64,000 nucleotides of DNA, taken from the NCBI GenBank assembly GCA_002104905.1, contig MCFE01000049.1, forward strand, positions 1 to 64,000, in the 5' to 3' direction. Positions 1-11,477 of the stretch are shown piece after piece. The notes under the pieces were generated by a model. That model had not been told where the DNA came from. It saw nothing but the letters and a program-made list of their open reading frames with translations, and ran no database searches. The stretch comes from Basidiobolus meristosporus CBS 931.73 (taxonomy: Eukaryota; Fungi; Basidiobolomycota). Positions within the stretch are counted from its first letter, which is position 1. Each line of letters opens with the position of its first letter. A program made the position numbers and the translations under genes.

Positions 1-350
1 ATATTTATAGTTTCAGAAAATTAATAATTACGGTGCTTTGAAAGGAGCCCCAGTAAGTGATTCTCTAATTTTACAGTCATATGGGAAATCTTGAAAGCTC
101 TACTTATTTTCATGACGTGATTAACTCAAAGAGGCTTTGTAGATATCATAATCTCTCCTAAGCATTTATATCGGCTTGCTCTGCAATTCATGTTACTTCT
201 GTCCAAACTTTCAGTCAGCATTTTCTTGGAATATATCTTACCAAAATGCTAGGTGCGCAGATTGTGAGAGCTTAATGAATTGTCCAAAAGTTCCTCAATG
301 TTGCAAGCATGTATTTGGGACCTTCCTTGATACAGTGCAAATACTACTCT

Positions 351-699
351 TGTCGTAGAAGTTTGTAATTCCACCTAAATATTCACCTAACTTAGTTGCT
401 CAGATCATTACTTACAAATCTTAGAGAACACTGGCCAAATTCTTTGTTGAGATTTACCTTGAATATTCTTACCAAAATACCAGGTACCCAGAACATGAAG
501 CTTCTCAGAGTTATACAAACAGCCCCAAACTTTGCACACTTGCTCTTAGGACCTTCCTAAACATACTCTACGTGCTTATTATGCCATGACCACACTAAAG
601 TGTAAGTATTACTTTCACAGTCAATAAATCATTAAGCAAAAACCACATAATCTACCTATTCTCCCAATCACTTCCAATTTCCTCAAGACTCTGACAACT
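351..699 (+). mobile_element. Copia-family LTR
   Basis: Aligns by eye along its length to the LTRs at 7304-7652 and 11132-11477. Confidence 0.85.
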
Positions 700-1277
700 A
701 TTGTAGCTATTAAGCTGTCATCTAAATACTTATGCTGACTTAGTCACATAGTTACTATTCAGTAATTAGCACTCTGACTTGATCAAATTTCCTGTTGGGA
801 TTTACCAGAAGTATTTATCAGGTTCCCAGATTATAACCTTTCTCAAAGTTATCTAATAAACCCCAAACTTTGCGCACATATTCTTTGGACCTTCCTCAGC
901 AAGATTTACATGTCTGTTTACCTTACTTGATCAAAAGTTTAAATACCACAATCTTCATAAATAAATCTACAAGTGAATAAATATAATTCCTACAGTACTT
1001 CACATAACTTTCAATACTCCTCAGAATAATTTAACAAGTTATGAGCCCCAAGCTTGCTGTCATCTGAGTGTCTATTTTTCCTTGAATCTGCTTCTGCTAG
1101 TCTGAAGAAAGACTTTCTTTAGTGTTGTACTGCTTAAGTTATAGATGACTCCTACCGCAAAAGGACTATGTTTTTGAGGATATTGCAATGAGAAGTAGGC
1201 CTTGCCTTCAAAAGTCACTCTCAGTCACTATTCAAGCTTGTCATGAAGATGAATCTATCAAATGGGCATGTAAATAT

Positions 1278-1626
1278 TGTTGGAAGAGTCTTGGAGATAT
1301 TGGAAGTGACTGGGAGAACAAGTAGATTATGTGGTTTTCATTTAATGATTTATTGAATGTAAAGGTAGTATTTATACTTTTAAGTGATCTTGGAGTAATA
1401 AACACATAAAATAGGTTTGGGAAGGTTCCAAGAACATGTGTGCAAAATTTGGAGCTGTGTGGACAACTATGAGAAGCTTTATATTCTGGGTACCTGATAT
1501 TTTTGTGAAAATATTCCAAGTAAATCCCAAGAAAGAATTTGGTCAGTATGCTCTGAGATATGTAGCTAATGATCAAAGTGACTAGGATAAGTGAATATTT
1601 GGGTGCAATTACAAACTTTCTCAATA
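1278..1626 (-). mobile_element. Solo LTR with 5-bp target-site duplication
   Basis: Reverse complement of the LTR family; AATAT on both sides (1273-1277, 1627-1631). Confidence 0.85.
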
Positions 1627-2308
1627 AATATGTCAAAATGTAGTATGTTGGTGCTCCACCACAACTGAAGAAAGTTGTGTAATCTCAGCAATGAGGGTCT
1701 AAAACCACAATGATATACATTGATATATGCATTCATATGACCCTGACTGACTGTCTGACATGCTTTTGCAAAGTATATTATCCTGAACTGAAAAAAAACT
1801 GTAGCATAAATGAATGATTGCTAGAGCAGGATTTTACCAAAATCTGTTGCCACTGAAAATATGGCTGAGAACACCAACAATGGAGCTGTTAACTGCCATT
1901 CCAAGCTACCCACCAATGGCAGAAGATCTCAGAAATAAGGTCCTGTAACTGTAAGGATTCTGCTGACATGTAATTAATGTGTATCCAACTGGAGTACAGA
2001 TATGTACTACACAGTACATTGGAAGAATGCTACAATTGTTTAAAGTATTTGATACTTAGACCATGAACCAGGTGCTAATCTAGGAGCTGTAAGATGTGCT
2101 ATCAGTCTGTTTAAGTATTAAAGCAGTGGGAGAAAGTATCATTTCAATTTAGCAAAATCAACTCATGGATATTCTACCACCAGCCAAACAGAGTAAAGCA
2201 AGTGACTGCAAGACTGATTGAAGTATTGAGCCAAGCAGCAGTTGGCCATTATATAAGTTAGAGCCACTCAGAAGATGACATAGTAATATATACTTGTGCT
2301 ACATATGT

Positions 2309-2875
2309 TGTTGTAAGATTCTTGGAGATATTGGAAGTGATTAGGAGAACAAGTAGAGTATGTGGCTTTTTACTTAATGATTTATTGAGTGTGAAGTAGT
2401 ATTTATACTTTTACATGGTCTTGGCATAGCAAGTATGTAGAATAGATTGAGGAAGGTCCCAAGAACATGTGTGCAAAGTCTAGGGCTGTTTGGGCAACTT
2501 ATCTAATTGTCATGTACTGGGTGTTGCAATATTCTGAGGAGTATTGGATGTGATATGGAGAACTAGAGTATTTACATGTTATTCACTTGCTGATTTATTG
2601 ATCAAAAGTATGGAAGTTGTACCTTTGATAAAGTAGAGCAAAAAAGCATCTAGAGTTTGTTAAGGAAGGTCCCAGACTATGTGTGCAAAGTTTGGGGGCT
2701 TTTAGACAACTTTGAGAAAGAATATAAATTGGGCACCTGATGATTTGGTGAAAATATTTCAAGTATATCACAACAAGAAATTTGATCAGGACAGAATGCT
2801 AATCAAAGAATAAAATCTATGGGACTAAGTTAGCATGAATACTTAGGTGACAAATTGATAATTAAACATTCTTAC
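2309..2875 (-). mobile_element. Stacked partial LTRs of the same family
   Basis: LTR 3' end (tgttgtaagattcttggagatattggaag) followed by more diverged LTR-like sequence; boundaries approximate. Confidence 0.7.
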
Positions 2876-2903
2876 TCAACAAAATATTCATGAGTAATAA
2901 GTA

Positions 2904-3149
2904 CACTTGTTCTGTTGGATACTGCCACATTGAGCCATGAGTGCCAAATGATGCCATAGTGTGCCAGAGAGGCCAAGTGAATGGATTTTCTTCAATACAA
3001 TAGGTGAAACACAGGGGCTGCTTTGCATGAAGATGCAGAGATTTACTTCACACTCTGTGGCTAAGTATAGGCTCACTTGGCCTCCCTGGCACACTTTATC
3101 ATCATTTGGCACTCATGGCTCAATGGGGCATAATCCAACAGAACATATC
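2904..3149. mobile_element. Internally deleted foldback/MITE-like element
   Basis: ~70-bp imperfect terminal inverted repeats, TA on both flanks; matches the left tip and right arm of the 4219-4949 element. Confidence 0.75.
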
Positions 3150-4218
3150 TAATGCATATTGAGAGTGTGCAATCTGTAATAATAAGCTAATAAGATTAAA
3201 CTGTGTTGCATACTGAACTAACATATTATCCAACAGTAAATGCATTTGTGTTCAATTGAGCAAGAAAGCTGTAACTCAATGTGCATATCCACTTAATAGT
3301 GTGCCTAGAAATCAGAATGATCTGATCAAAATACTAATTATTAGCTTTTATCAGTTGTGCGGGCTTAAATATTAATCCAAGTCCCATTGTCAGATTGTAA
3401 TAATGATATATAGCCTCTGGGCTATCCAATGCCTCTTACTTGAGCAAAATGACCCACTTTTGGTCAAGTCAATGTTTTGTCATTTACAGCAGATCTGGAG
3501 TTTCCTTTTTTCCAGGCAAAAGTCTAATTCATTTAGACAACTTTACTGTATGTTCATATTAGGCTCTGGGACAGTTACTTCCTTCATATAGACTCTATAT
3601 GAGGTAAAAGAGATGACCTGTGTTGGGCTAAGTCAAGGTTTTGTCATTTACACCTGATCCAGATTATTCTCATATCCTGGCACTGTGGCACATACAACAT
3701 AACCAAAAAAAATGGCTTTTACTCAACTCTGAGCTGGGATGGCCTGCTCCCACTTGACCCATGTCTGTTTAGTAATTCAGATCCACAAAAATGATCTGGA
3801 GTGGTCATCTTTGTCTTCCTTATGCAGCAGTAACTTTCTTTCAACTGATAACTTTATTTACAGCAGATTCAAAGTCAATTTGCTTCTTGATTTACCAAGT
3901 TTGGTATCAAAAGGTACCGTATGTTATTTGGTAGCTATATTTAGAGTGCTTCTACTGATTTGGACTGATACAGCTGTTTTTGTCATATCAGAATACACTT
4001 GTAGAGTAGATACTGGTGCTTTTCTGGAAGTGAGATTCTCCTTCACAAGGGATTATCCTTATTCTCTTGATTGTTATTTTTCAACCTTGTGCTTGATTTG
4101 CAAGGCTAACTGATCTTCTCAGTGTCTTCAGAATCCATAACAAGCACTTATTTGATCCTTACACCTTTTCTTTCTGCTCCATGGACAGCAGACCTCAAAA
4201 CTGCTTCTTTAAATAATA

Positions 4219-4949
4219 GACTTGTTCCAATGGATTGTGCCACATTGAGCCATGAGTGCCAAATGATACCATAGTGTGCCAGAGAGGCCAAGTGAGCTTA
4301 TACTTGGCCACAGAGTATGAAACATAGATCAGCATCTTCATGCAAATTAACTCCTGTGTTTCACCCATTATGCAGAAGAAAATCCATTTTTGAGCTTTTT
4401 TGGTAAATCAATGTAGTTCAAGATGTGTAAGAGCACAGGAGAACTGAAGACATGCATCTGGTACTCAATGCCCATGGCACTCTGAATCTAGCTCCTGTGG
4501 CTTGTAACATGTCACAAAAATGTATTGCCCTGTCTTGGTCCACTGGTACTATCTGGCACTATATTTAATTATTAGCCCTAAAGTAAGGTTCATACAAAGC
4601 ACTAACAGTGCCAGATAGTACCGGTGGACCAAGATAGTGCTGTGCATTTTGGTGACATATTACAAGCCACAGCAGCTAGATTTAGAGTACCATGGGTATT
4701 GAGTATCAGATCCATATCTTCAATTCTTTTGTGCACTTACACATCCTGCACAACATTGATCTAAAAAAGAAGGTCAAAAAATGGATTTTCTCCAGCACAA
4801 TGGGTGAAACACAAGGGCTGATTTACATGAAGATGCAGAGCTATGTTTCACACTCTGTGGCCACATATAGGCTCATTTGGCCCCCCTGGCACACTATGGC
4901 ATCATTTGGTGCTCATGGCTCAATGTGGCACTATCCAACAGAACAAGTC
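4219..4949. mobile_element. Foldback element with ~340-bp inverted arms and 46-bp spacer
   Basis: 4219-4560 is an imperfect reverse complement of 4607-4949; TA at 4217-4218 and 4950-4951. Confidence 0.85.
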
Positions 4950-5431
4950 TAATCTGCTCCAATATTTACTACACTATCTAAGAGATCCTGTTGAGATTTC
5001 ATGGCTCTTCTGGGGATTTTGGCCTGAGAACTTTGTACAAGGGGCTTTCTGAAACATATTTGCATTGCCAGATAGTCCTGATACAGCCTACATAGGTTTT
5101 GGCTCCATTTGGGAAGTACCCTAATTTGTGGTAGTAGTATTTTCCCATTTTTCATCTTTTTCTTTTTCTGCTGATGATCCAAGGGAAATTCCTTTTGTGG
5201 GATGGTTCCAGACTTCCTTACAGGTGTCTTTTTCTTTGAATCTGCTTCTGCTAGTCTGGAGAAAGACATTCTGTAGTACTCTACTGCTTAAGTTATAGGT
5301 GACTCCTACTGTAAACAGACTATGTTTTTAAGAATATTGCAATGAGAAGTAGGCCTTGCCTTCAAAAGACACTCTCAGTGACTATTCAAGCTTGTTATGA
5401 AGACAAATCTTTCAAACTGGCATGTTAATAT

Positions 5432-6272
5432 TGTTGGAAGAGTCTTGGAGATATTGGAAGTGATTGGTAGAACAAGTAGATTGTGTGGATTTCACTTAAT
5501 GAATTATCAAATGTAAAGGTAGTATTTATACTTTTATATGGTCTTGGTATAACAAGCAGGTAAAATAGGTTTGGGAAGGTCTCAAGCATTGTGAAAGTTT
5601 GTAATTACACCTAAATATTCACCTAACTTAGTCACTTAGATTATTACCTTCAAATCCTAGAGAATACTGACCAAATTCCTTGTTGGGATTTACTTGGAAT
5701 ATTTTAACCAAAATACCAGGTGCCCAGAACATGAAAATCAGATATGTTGTCCAAACAGCCCCAGACTTTGAACACATGTTCTTGGGACCTTCTTTAACCT
5801 ATTCTATGTGTTTGTTATGCCAAGACCATGTAAAGAATAAGTACTACTTTTACATTCAATAAATCATTAAGTGAAAACCACATAATCTACTAGTCCTCCT
5901 AATCACTTCCAATATCTCCAAGACTTATACAACATCAAGAACATGTGTGCAAAATATGGTGCTGTGTGGACAACTGTGAGAAGCTTCATGTCTGGGTACC
6001 TGATAATTTGGTGAAAGTATTCTAAGTAAATCCTGACTGGAAATTTAGTCTGGACAAAATGCTAAGCAAGCAGTGAAGTCTATGTGACTAAGTTAGCATG
6101 AATATTTAGGTGACAACTTATTATTATAACACTGGGTACTTGATATTTTTATGAAAATATTCCAAGTATATCCCAAGAAGGAATTTGGTCAGTACTCTCT
6201 AGGATTTGAAGGTAATGATATGTGTGACTAAGTTAGGTGAATATTTAGGTGGAATTACAAACTTTTAGAAAA
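5432..6272 (-). mobile_element. Composite 3' LTR of a minus-strand copia element
   Basis: PPT (agcgggag, 6273-6280 minus) abuts it; contains nested LTR insertions. Confidence 0.8.
5587..5934 (+). mobile_element. LTR nested in opposite orientation inside another LTR
   Basis: Full-length LTR flanked by TCAAG at 5582-5586 and 5935-5939. Confidence 0.8.
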
Positions 6273-6289
6273 CTCCCGCTTAACCAACT

Positions 6290-7303
6290 GTCCACATTAA
6301 CTTGTCCTAATTTTGATCTACAATACTCAAACTTGTCTCTTGCTAATGGTTTGGTCATTTTGTCAGCAATTGTATCATCTCTAGAACAGTAACTAAGTTA
6401 ACCAGGTTACTCTTTATAGCTTCACATATGAAAAGATGTCCAAAATCTATATGCTTAGTTCTAGCATGAAAAGTTACATTTCTACCTAATTGTATATATC
6501 CGTGATTATCTTGAAATAGAGTAGTATGAGTTCTATGACATAGGCTTAAATCTTTAAAAAGATTCCTTAACCACATTCCTTCTTTTGTAGCTTCACAGGC
6601 TGCATGTACTCTGCCTCTGTTGTAGATAGTGCTATGGTTGGTTGCTTTGTTGAATTCCATGAAGTTTCTCCTTTACAGTAAAGAATGGTGTATCCTGTGA
6701 TGGATCATCTGTCTTCCAGATTTTGTCCTGAATCAGCATCAGAGTATCCCACAAGATTCTGCTCTGAATCCTTATAAGTGTAGCTTAAGCAGATATCAGC
6801 AGTTCCTTTCAGTTATCTAAAAATCTGCTAAGCTGCTGCAATATGATTGCATCCATAGTTCTGATTATCCCGGCTGACTACTCCCACTGAATATAGGATA
6901 TCCGGACATGTTCCAAGCATGATATACATCAGACTGCCACCCATTGATTGATAAGGAAAGTCAGGGCTTTCAGATGGCACCAAGCTCTCTTGATTTGGCT
7001 GAGTTTTTACCAAGTTAAGGTGTGTCTCCATTGGGGTAGTGGCTTGTTTACAGCCTTCTATTTGGTGCTTCTTTGGTATATCTTCAATATATTTGGATTG
7101 GCTTAGGGTAACTGTCTGAGTACTTGTGTCTATGGAGAACTTAATCCCTAAGTAGTATCTGAGTTTTAGGTTGGACATCTTGAATTCTTTAGATAGGCTA
7201 GATTTAGTGTCTTCTAATGTAGCTAGGTTATAGGCAGCTATAATAAGATTATCCCCATATAGAGCTAATAGAACTGGATTTGCTTGATCTGGCTTATAGT
7301 TTA
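6290..7303 (-). pseudogene. Copia reverse transcriptase/RNase H remnant
   Basis: LALYGDNLII (degenerate YVDD), YYLGIK, YQSMGGSLMYIMLGTCPDI, RTKHIDF motifs; frames broken by stops. Confidence 0.92.
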
Positions 7304-7652
7304 TGTTGTAAAAAGTTTGTAATTCCACCTAAATATTCACCTAGTGTAGTCACCTAGATCATTACCTTCAAATATTAGAGAATACTGACCAAATTCCTTG
7401 TTGGGATTTACTTAGAATATTTTCACCAAAATACCAGGTACCTGGAACATGAAAATTCTCAAAGTTGTCCAAACAGCCCCAAGCTTTGCACACATATTAT
7501 TGGGACCTTCCTTAGCCTATTCTACATGTTTGTAATGCCAAGACCATGTAAAAGTATAATACTACTTGTACATTCAATGAATTGTTAAGTGAAAAGTACA
7601 TAGTCTACTTGTCCTCACAATCACTTCCAATATCACCAAGACTCTTACAACA
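7304..7652 (+). mobile_element. 5' LTR of a copia element
   Basis: TGTTG...CAACA, immediately followed by PBS-like GGGTATGAGCCC and gag. Confidence 0.92.
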
Positions 7653-7656
7653 GGGT

Positions 7657-8403
7657 ATGAGCCCCAAGCTGTCACTCTCTGCAATATCTACTACTGCTAT
7701 TACTGGAACTTTTCCCTCTGCTGAAAAGTTGGATGAATCTAACTACCAAGTGTGGAAGGTGAAGATGAAGATGCTGCTACAAGAAAGGGGTCTTTGGGAT
7801 ATTGGCATGGGGGAAGAATGCCCTCCTGAAAATGTGGGAGAGGAAGCCTTAAAGCTCCAGAAGAAGGAACAAAGTGCCTTTAACTGCATTTGCCTCAATG
7901 TTAAATACAAACTGCTAATTCAATGCTCAAGAGCAAAAACAGCAAAGAATGCCTGGAAGGCATTAGAAGACACTTACCAGTCATGCTCAGCTGCTAAGAA
8001 AATGTATCTGAGACAAAAATTCTTTACTACAAAGATGCTGTCTGGTGAAGAAATGAAAATTCTAATCAACAGAGTTACCCTGCCGGTAGATGAAATGGAA
8101 TCAGTGGGTGAACCAACTACTGATGAGGATGTGATAGTTACCATCCTGAATAGCCTAACAGACAAGCTTCAGGGCCTTGTATCAGCCCTAGAGTCCAGAA
8201 CTGAAGATTTGACCTATATGGAAGGCTCTTGAATGAAGAATTAAGAAGATCAAGCACCAATACAAAGGAAGAAGAAAATGCTTTAATAAGCATTGATAAC
8301 CAACAAAGGAGGTACACAAGACCCTACAAAGGCAACAGCAACCTGTTTTGCAACAACTGCACAAGGAAAGGACACACATCAGACCAGTGTCTCAAAAAGT
8401 GAG
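7657..8403 (+). pseudogene. Copia gag (frameshifted), with CCHC zinc knuckle
   Basis: KLDESNYQVWKVKMKMLLQERGLWDI and AKTAKNAWKALEDTY; after a frameshift near 8230, CNNCTRKGHTSDQC. Confidence 0.92.
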
Positions 8404-8478
8404 ATAATCAGCAAAAGAAGCCTGAATATGGAATGCTGCAATAACTGATGATAGACTATTCATATCTGCACTAAATAT

Positions 8479-9385
8479 TGTTGTAAAAATTTGTAATTCC
8501 ACTTAAATATTCACCTAACTTAGTCACTTAGATCATTACCATCAAATCCTAGAGAATACTGACCAAATTCCTTGTTGCGATTTACTTGGAATATTTTCAC
8601 AAAAATATCAAGTACCCAGTGTTAAAATAGTAAGTTGTCACCTAAATATTCATGCTAGCTTAGTCACATAGACTTCACTGTGTGCTAAGCATTCAGTCCT
8701 GACTAAACTTCCTGCCAGGATTTACTTAGAATACTTTCACCAAATTATCAGGTACCCAGACATGAAGCTTCTCACAGTTGTCCACACAGCACCATATTTT
8801 GCACACATGTTCTTGATGTTGCATGAGTCTTGGAGATATTGGAAGTGATTGGGAGGACAAGTAGATTATGTGGTGTTCACTTAATGATTTATTGAATGTG
8901 AAAGTAGTATTTATACTTTTACATGATCTTGACATAACAAGCATGTAAAATAGGTTAAGGAAGGTCCCAAGAACATGTGTTCAAAGTTTGGGGCTGTTTG
9001 GACAACTTTGAGAATTTTCATATTCTGGGTACCTGGTATCTTAGTGAAAATATTCCAAGTAAATCCAGACAAGGAATTTGGCCAGTATTCTCTAGGATTT
9101 GAAGGTAATGATCTAGGTGACTAAGTTAGGTGAGTATTTAGGTGGAAATACAAACTTTTACAACCAATACCAGGTACCCAGAACATGAAAATTCTCAAAG
9201 TTGTCAAAACAGTCCCAAACTTTGCACACATGTTCTTGGGACCTTCCTTAACCTATTTTACATGCTTGTTATGCCAAGACCATGTAAAAGTATAAATACT
9301 ACTTTTACATTCCATTAATCATTAAGTGAACACCACATAATCTACTTGTCCTCCCAATCACTTCAAATATCTTCAAGACTTACCT
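8479..9385. mobile_element. Stack of nested LTRs (+, +, -, then + remainder)
   Basis: 8479-9165 is the reverse complement of 5587-6272 including the internal junctions; 9166-9385 is an LTR 3' half. Confidence 0.8.
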
Positions 9386-9389
9386 TGTT

Positions 9390-10965
9390 GAAACAACTCA
9401 TCTGTATCCAATTGCTTTTTGATTGCTTGGTAATTTGACTAAGTTGCAAGTTTGATTTTCTATCAGAGCCTGATATTCCTCAGTCATTGCAGATCTCCAA
9501 GACTTTGTCTGAGGGCTATTTAGTTCCTCTTTTGCAGTCTGGGGCTCATCAATATGGACTTATTGCTAAAGTACCTTAGGTTATTTCTTGTCCAGTGGAT
9601 CTCCAGGCACTTGATACTGGAATGATAACTTCTGGGATACTCCTGGGCACTGATTCAGGCTGAATTGTGGTTGTAGAGTCCTCTGGAGTGAGAAAATTTT
9701 CATTGATTTGCTCTGATTCAATCCCAGCTATAGATGGACCTGAGATCAAATTTTGTCATCACCCAATGGCATTTTGTGTGAAATTTTGAATTTCCATCTA
9801 ACAACACATCCCTGGACTTAGTTAGCTTCATTGCTTTGGTATTGTAGAGTCTGTATGCTCTACTCTCATTGCAGTAGCCTAAAAATATGCATTTTACACT
9901 TTTTGGCTCAAATTTTGAATGGTTTCTGGGCAGTTTCTTAGCATATGCTGTACACCCAAATACTCTTAGATGTTCTGCACTTGGTCTGTATCTATACCAT
10001 GCTTCAAATGGAGTAGTATCACAAAGTATTCAGTTATAAACCTATTTTTAAGGTATACAGTTGTGGCAACTGATTCTGCCCAAATATCATGGGATAATTT
10101 TGATCATGGATAATAGATCTTGCAGTATCAGTTATTGATCTGTGTGCACATCCTGCTACTCCATTTTGCAGTGGGGAGTATGGTACAGTAGTCTCTTGCT
10201 TTATCCCATGAATTTTGCAAAAGTGGATGAAGAGTTTTGAGGTATATGCTCCACCTTTATCACAGTGTGTTTTCTTGATTTTTTCACCAGTTTCTCAATC
10301 CACCATGGCTTTAAACTCCCTGAACTTAGACAGAGCTTCTTCCTTTCTCTCCATGAAGTAGACCCACATGTATCTTGTATAATTATCAATAAAAGTGATC
10401 AAATGATTCATCCCACCTAAGGATCAATTTTGCTTGGGTCCACACAGATCTGAGCAAATTAGATCTTAGTTTTGATTTACCCAGAGCTCTTGAACAGCTG
10501 TCTGGATTGTTTCCCATATATGCAGTCTTCACAGTGCTCCAAACTAGCTGGGGATCAATTTTTACACCGGAAATTAGCTGATCTTTTATCATTTTGCGCA
10601 AAAAATCCAAGTTGATGTGTCCAACTCACCTGTGCCAAAGCATGGGTATTTCTTCATTTAGGCTACTTATATTGGGTTCCAGATATGATGGAATATAAGT
10701 TGACTTGTATAGATTCTGATCTCTGATACCCAAAGCAATATGAGCACCATTTTTAGTGATCAATGCTACATTCAAAACTGTCAAAGCTGAAACTGAGTCC
10801 TTCTGCTATGGCCTTGCTTACAGATAGTAGCTATTTCTGGTACATAGAGTACTTCTTTAAAAGTCAGTGTATGGCTTCCTCTATTACCTCTAAGGTTTAC
10901 TTGGCTAGCTCCTTCTCCCACTGCATCAAGTGTTCCATTGTCACCCAAAAAATGCACAAAGATAT
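9390..10965 (-). pseudogene. Copia protease / GAG-pre-integrase / integrase remnant
   Basis: Minus-strand DNYTRYMWVYF, HCDKGGAY, PYSP.QNGVA, HLRVFGCTAY, TFKEVLYVPEIA; multiple frameshifts. Confidence 0.9.
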
Positions 10966-11477
10966 TAGACATTATTTCATATGTGAAGCTATAAAGAATA
11001 GCCTGGTTAGCTTACTGTCCCACAGATGAAATGATTGCAGACACATTTACCAAACAATTAGATAGAGACAAGTTTTAATACCTTAGGTATAATTTAGGAC
11101 TAGTCAATATGAGCATTTAGCTGAGTGGGAGTGTTGTAAAATTTGTAATTCCACCTAAATATTCATCTAACTTAGTCACTTAGATCATTACCTGCATATC
11201 CTAGAGAATACTGACCAAAATTCTTTTTGGGATTTACTTAGAATATTTCACCAAAATATCTAGTACACAGAACATGAAAATTCTCAAAGTTGTCCAAACA
11301 GCTCCAAACTTTGCAAACATATTCTTGGAGCCTTACTAAATCTATTCTGCATACTTTTATGCAAAGACCATGCAAAAGTATCAATATTACTTTTGCATTC
11401 AATAAATCATTAAGTGAAAACCACATAATCTACTTGTTCTCCCAATCACTTCAAGTATCTCCAAGACTCTTACAACA
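10966..11477 (+). mobile_element. RNase H C-terminus, polypurine tract and 3' LTR (11132-11477)
   Basis: DIRHYFICEAIK; GAGTGGGAG directly before TGTTG; LTR ends CAACA. Confidence 0.9.

Noticed and set aside
351-11477. Recurrent repeats as a CRISPR or satellite array
   Set aside because: Units are ~350-bp LTRs in mixed orientation with PBS/PPT context in a eukaryotic genome.
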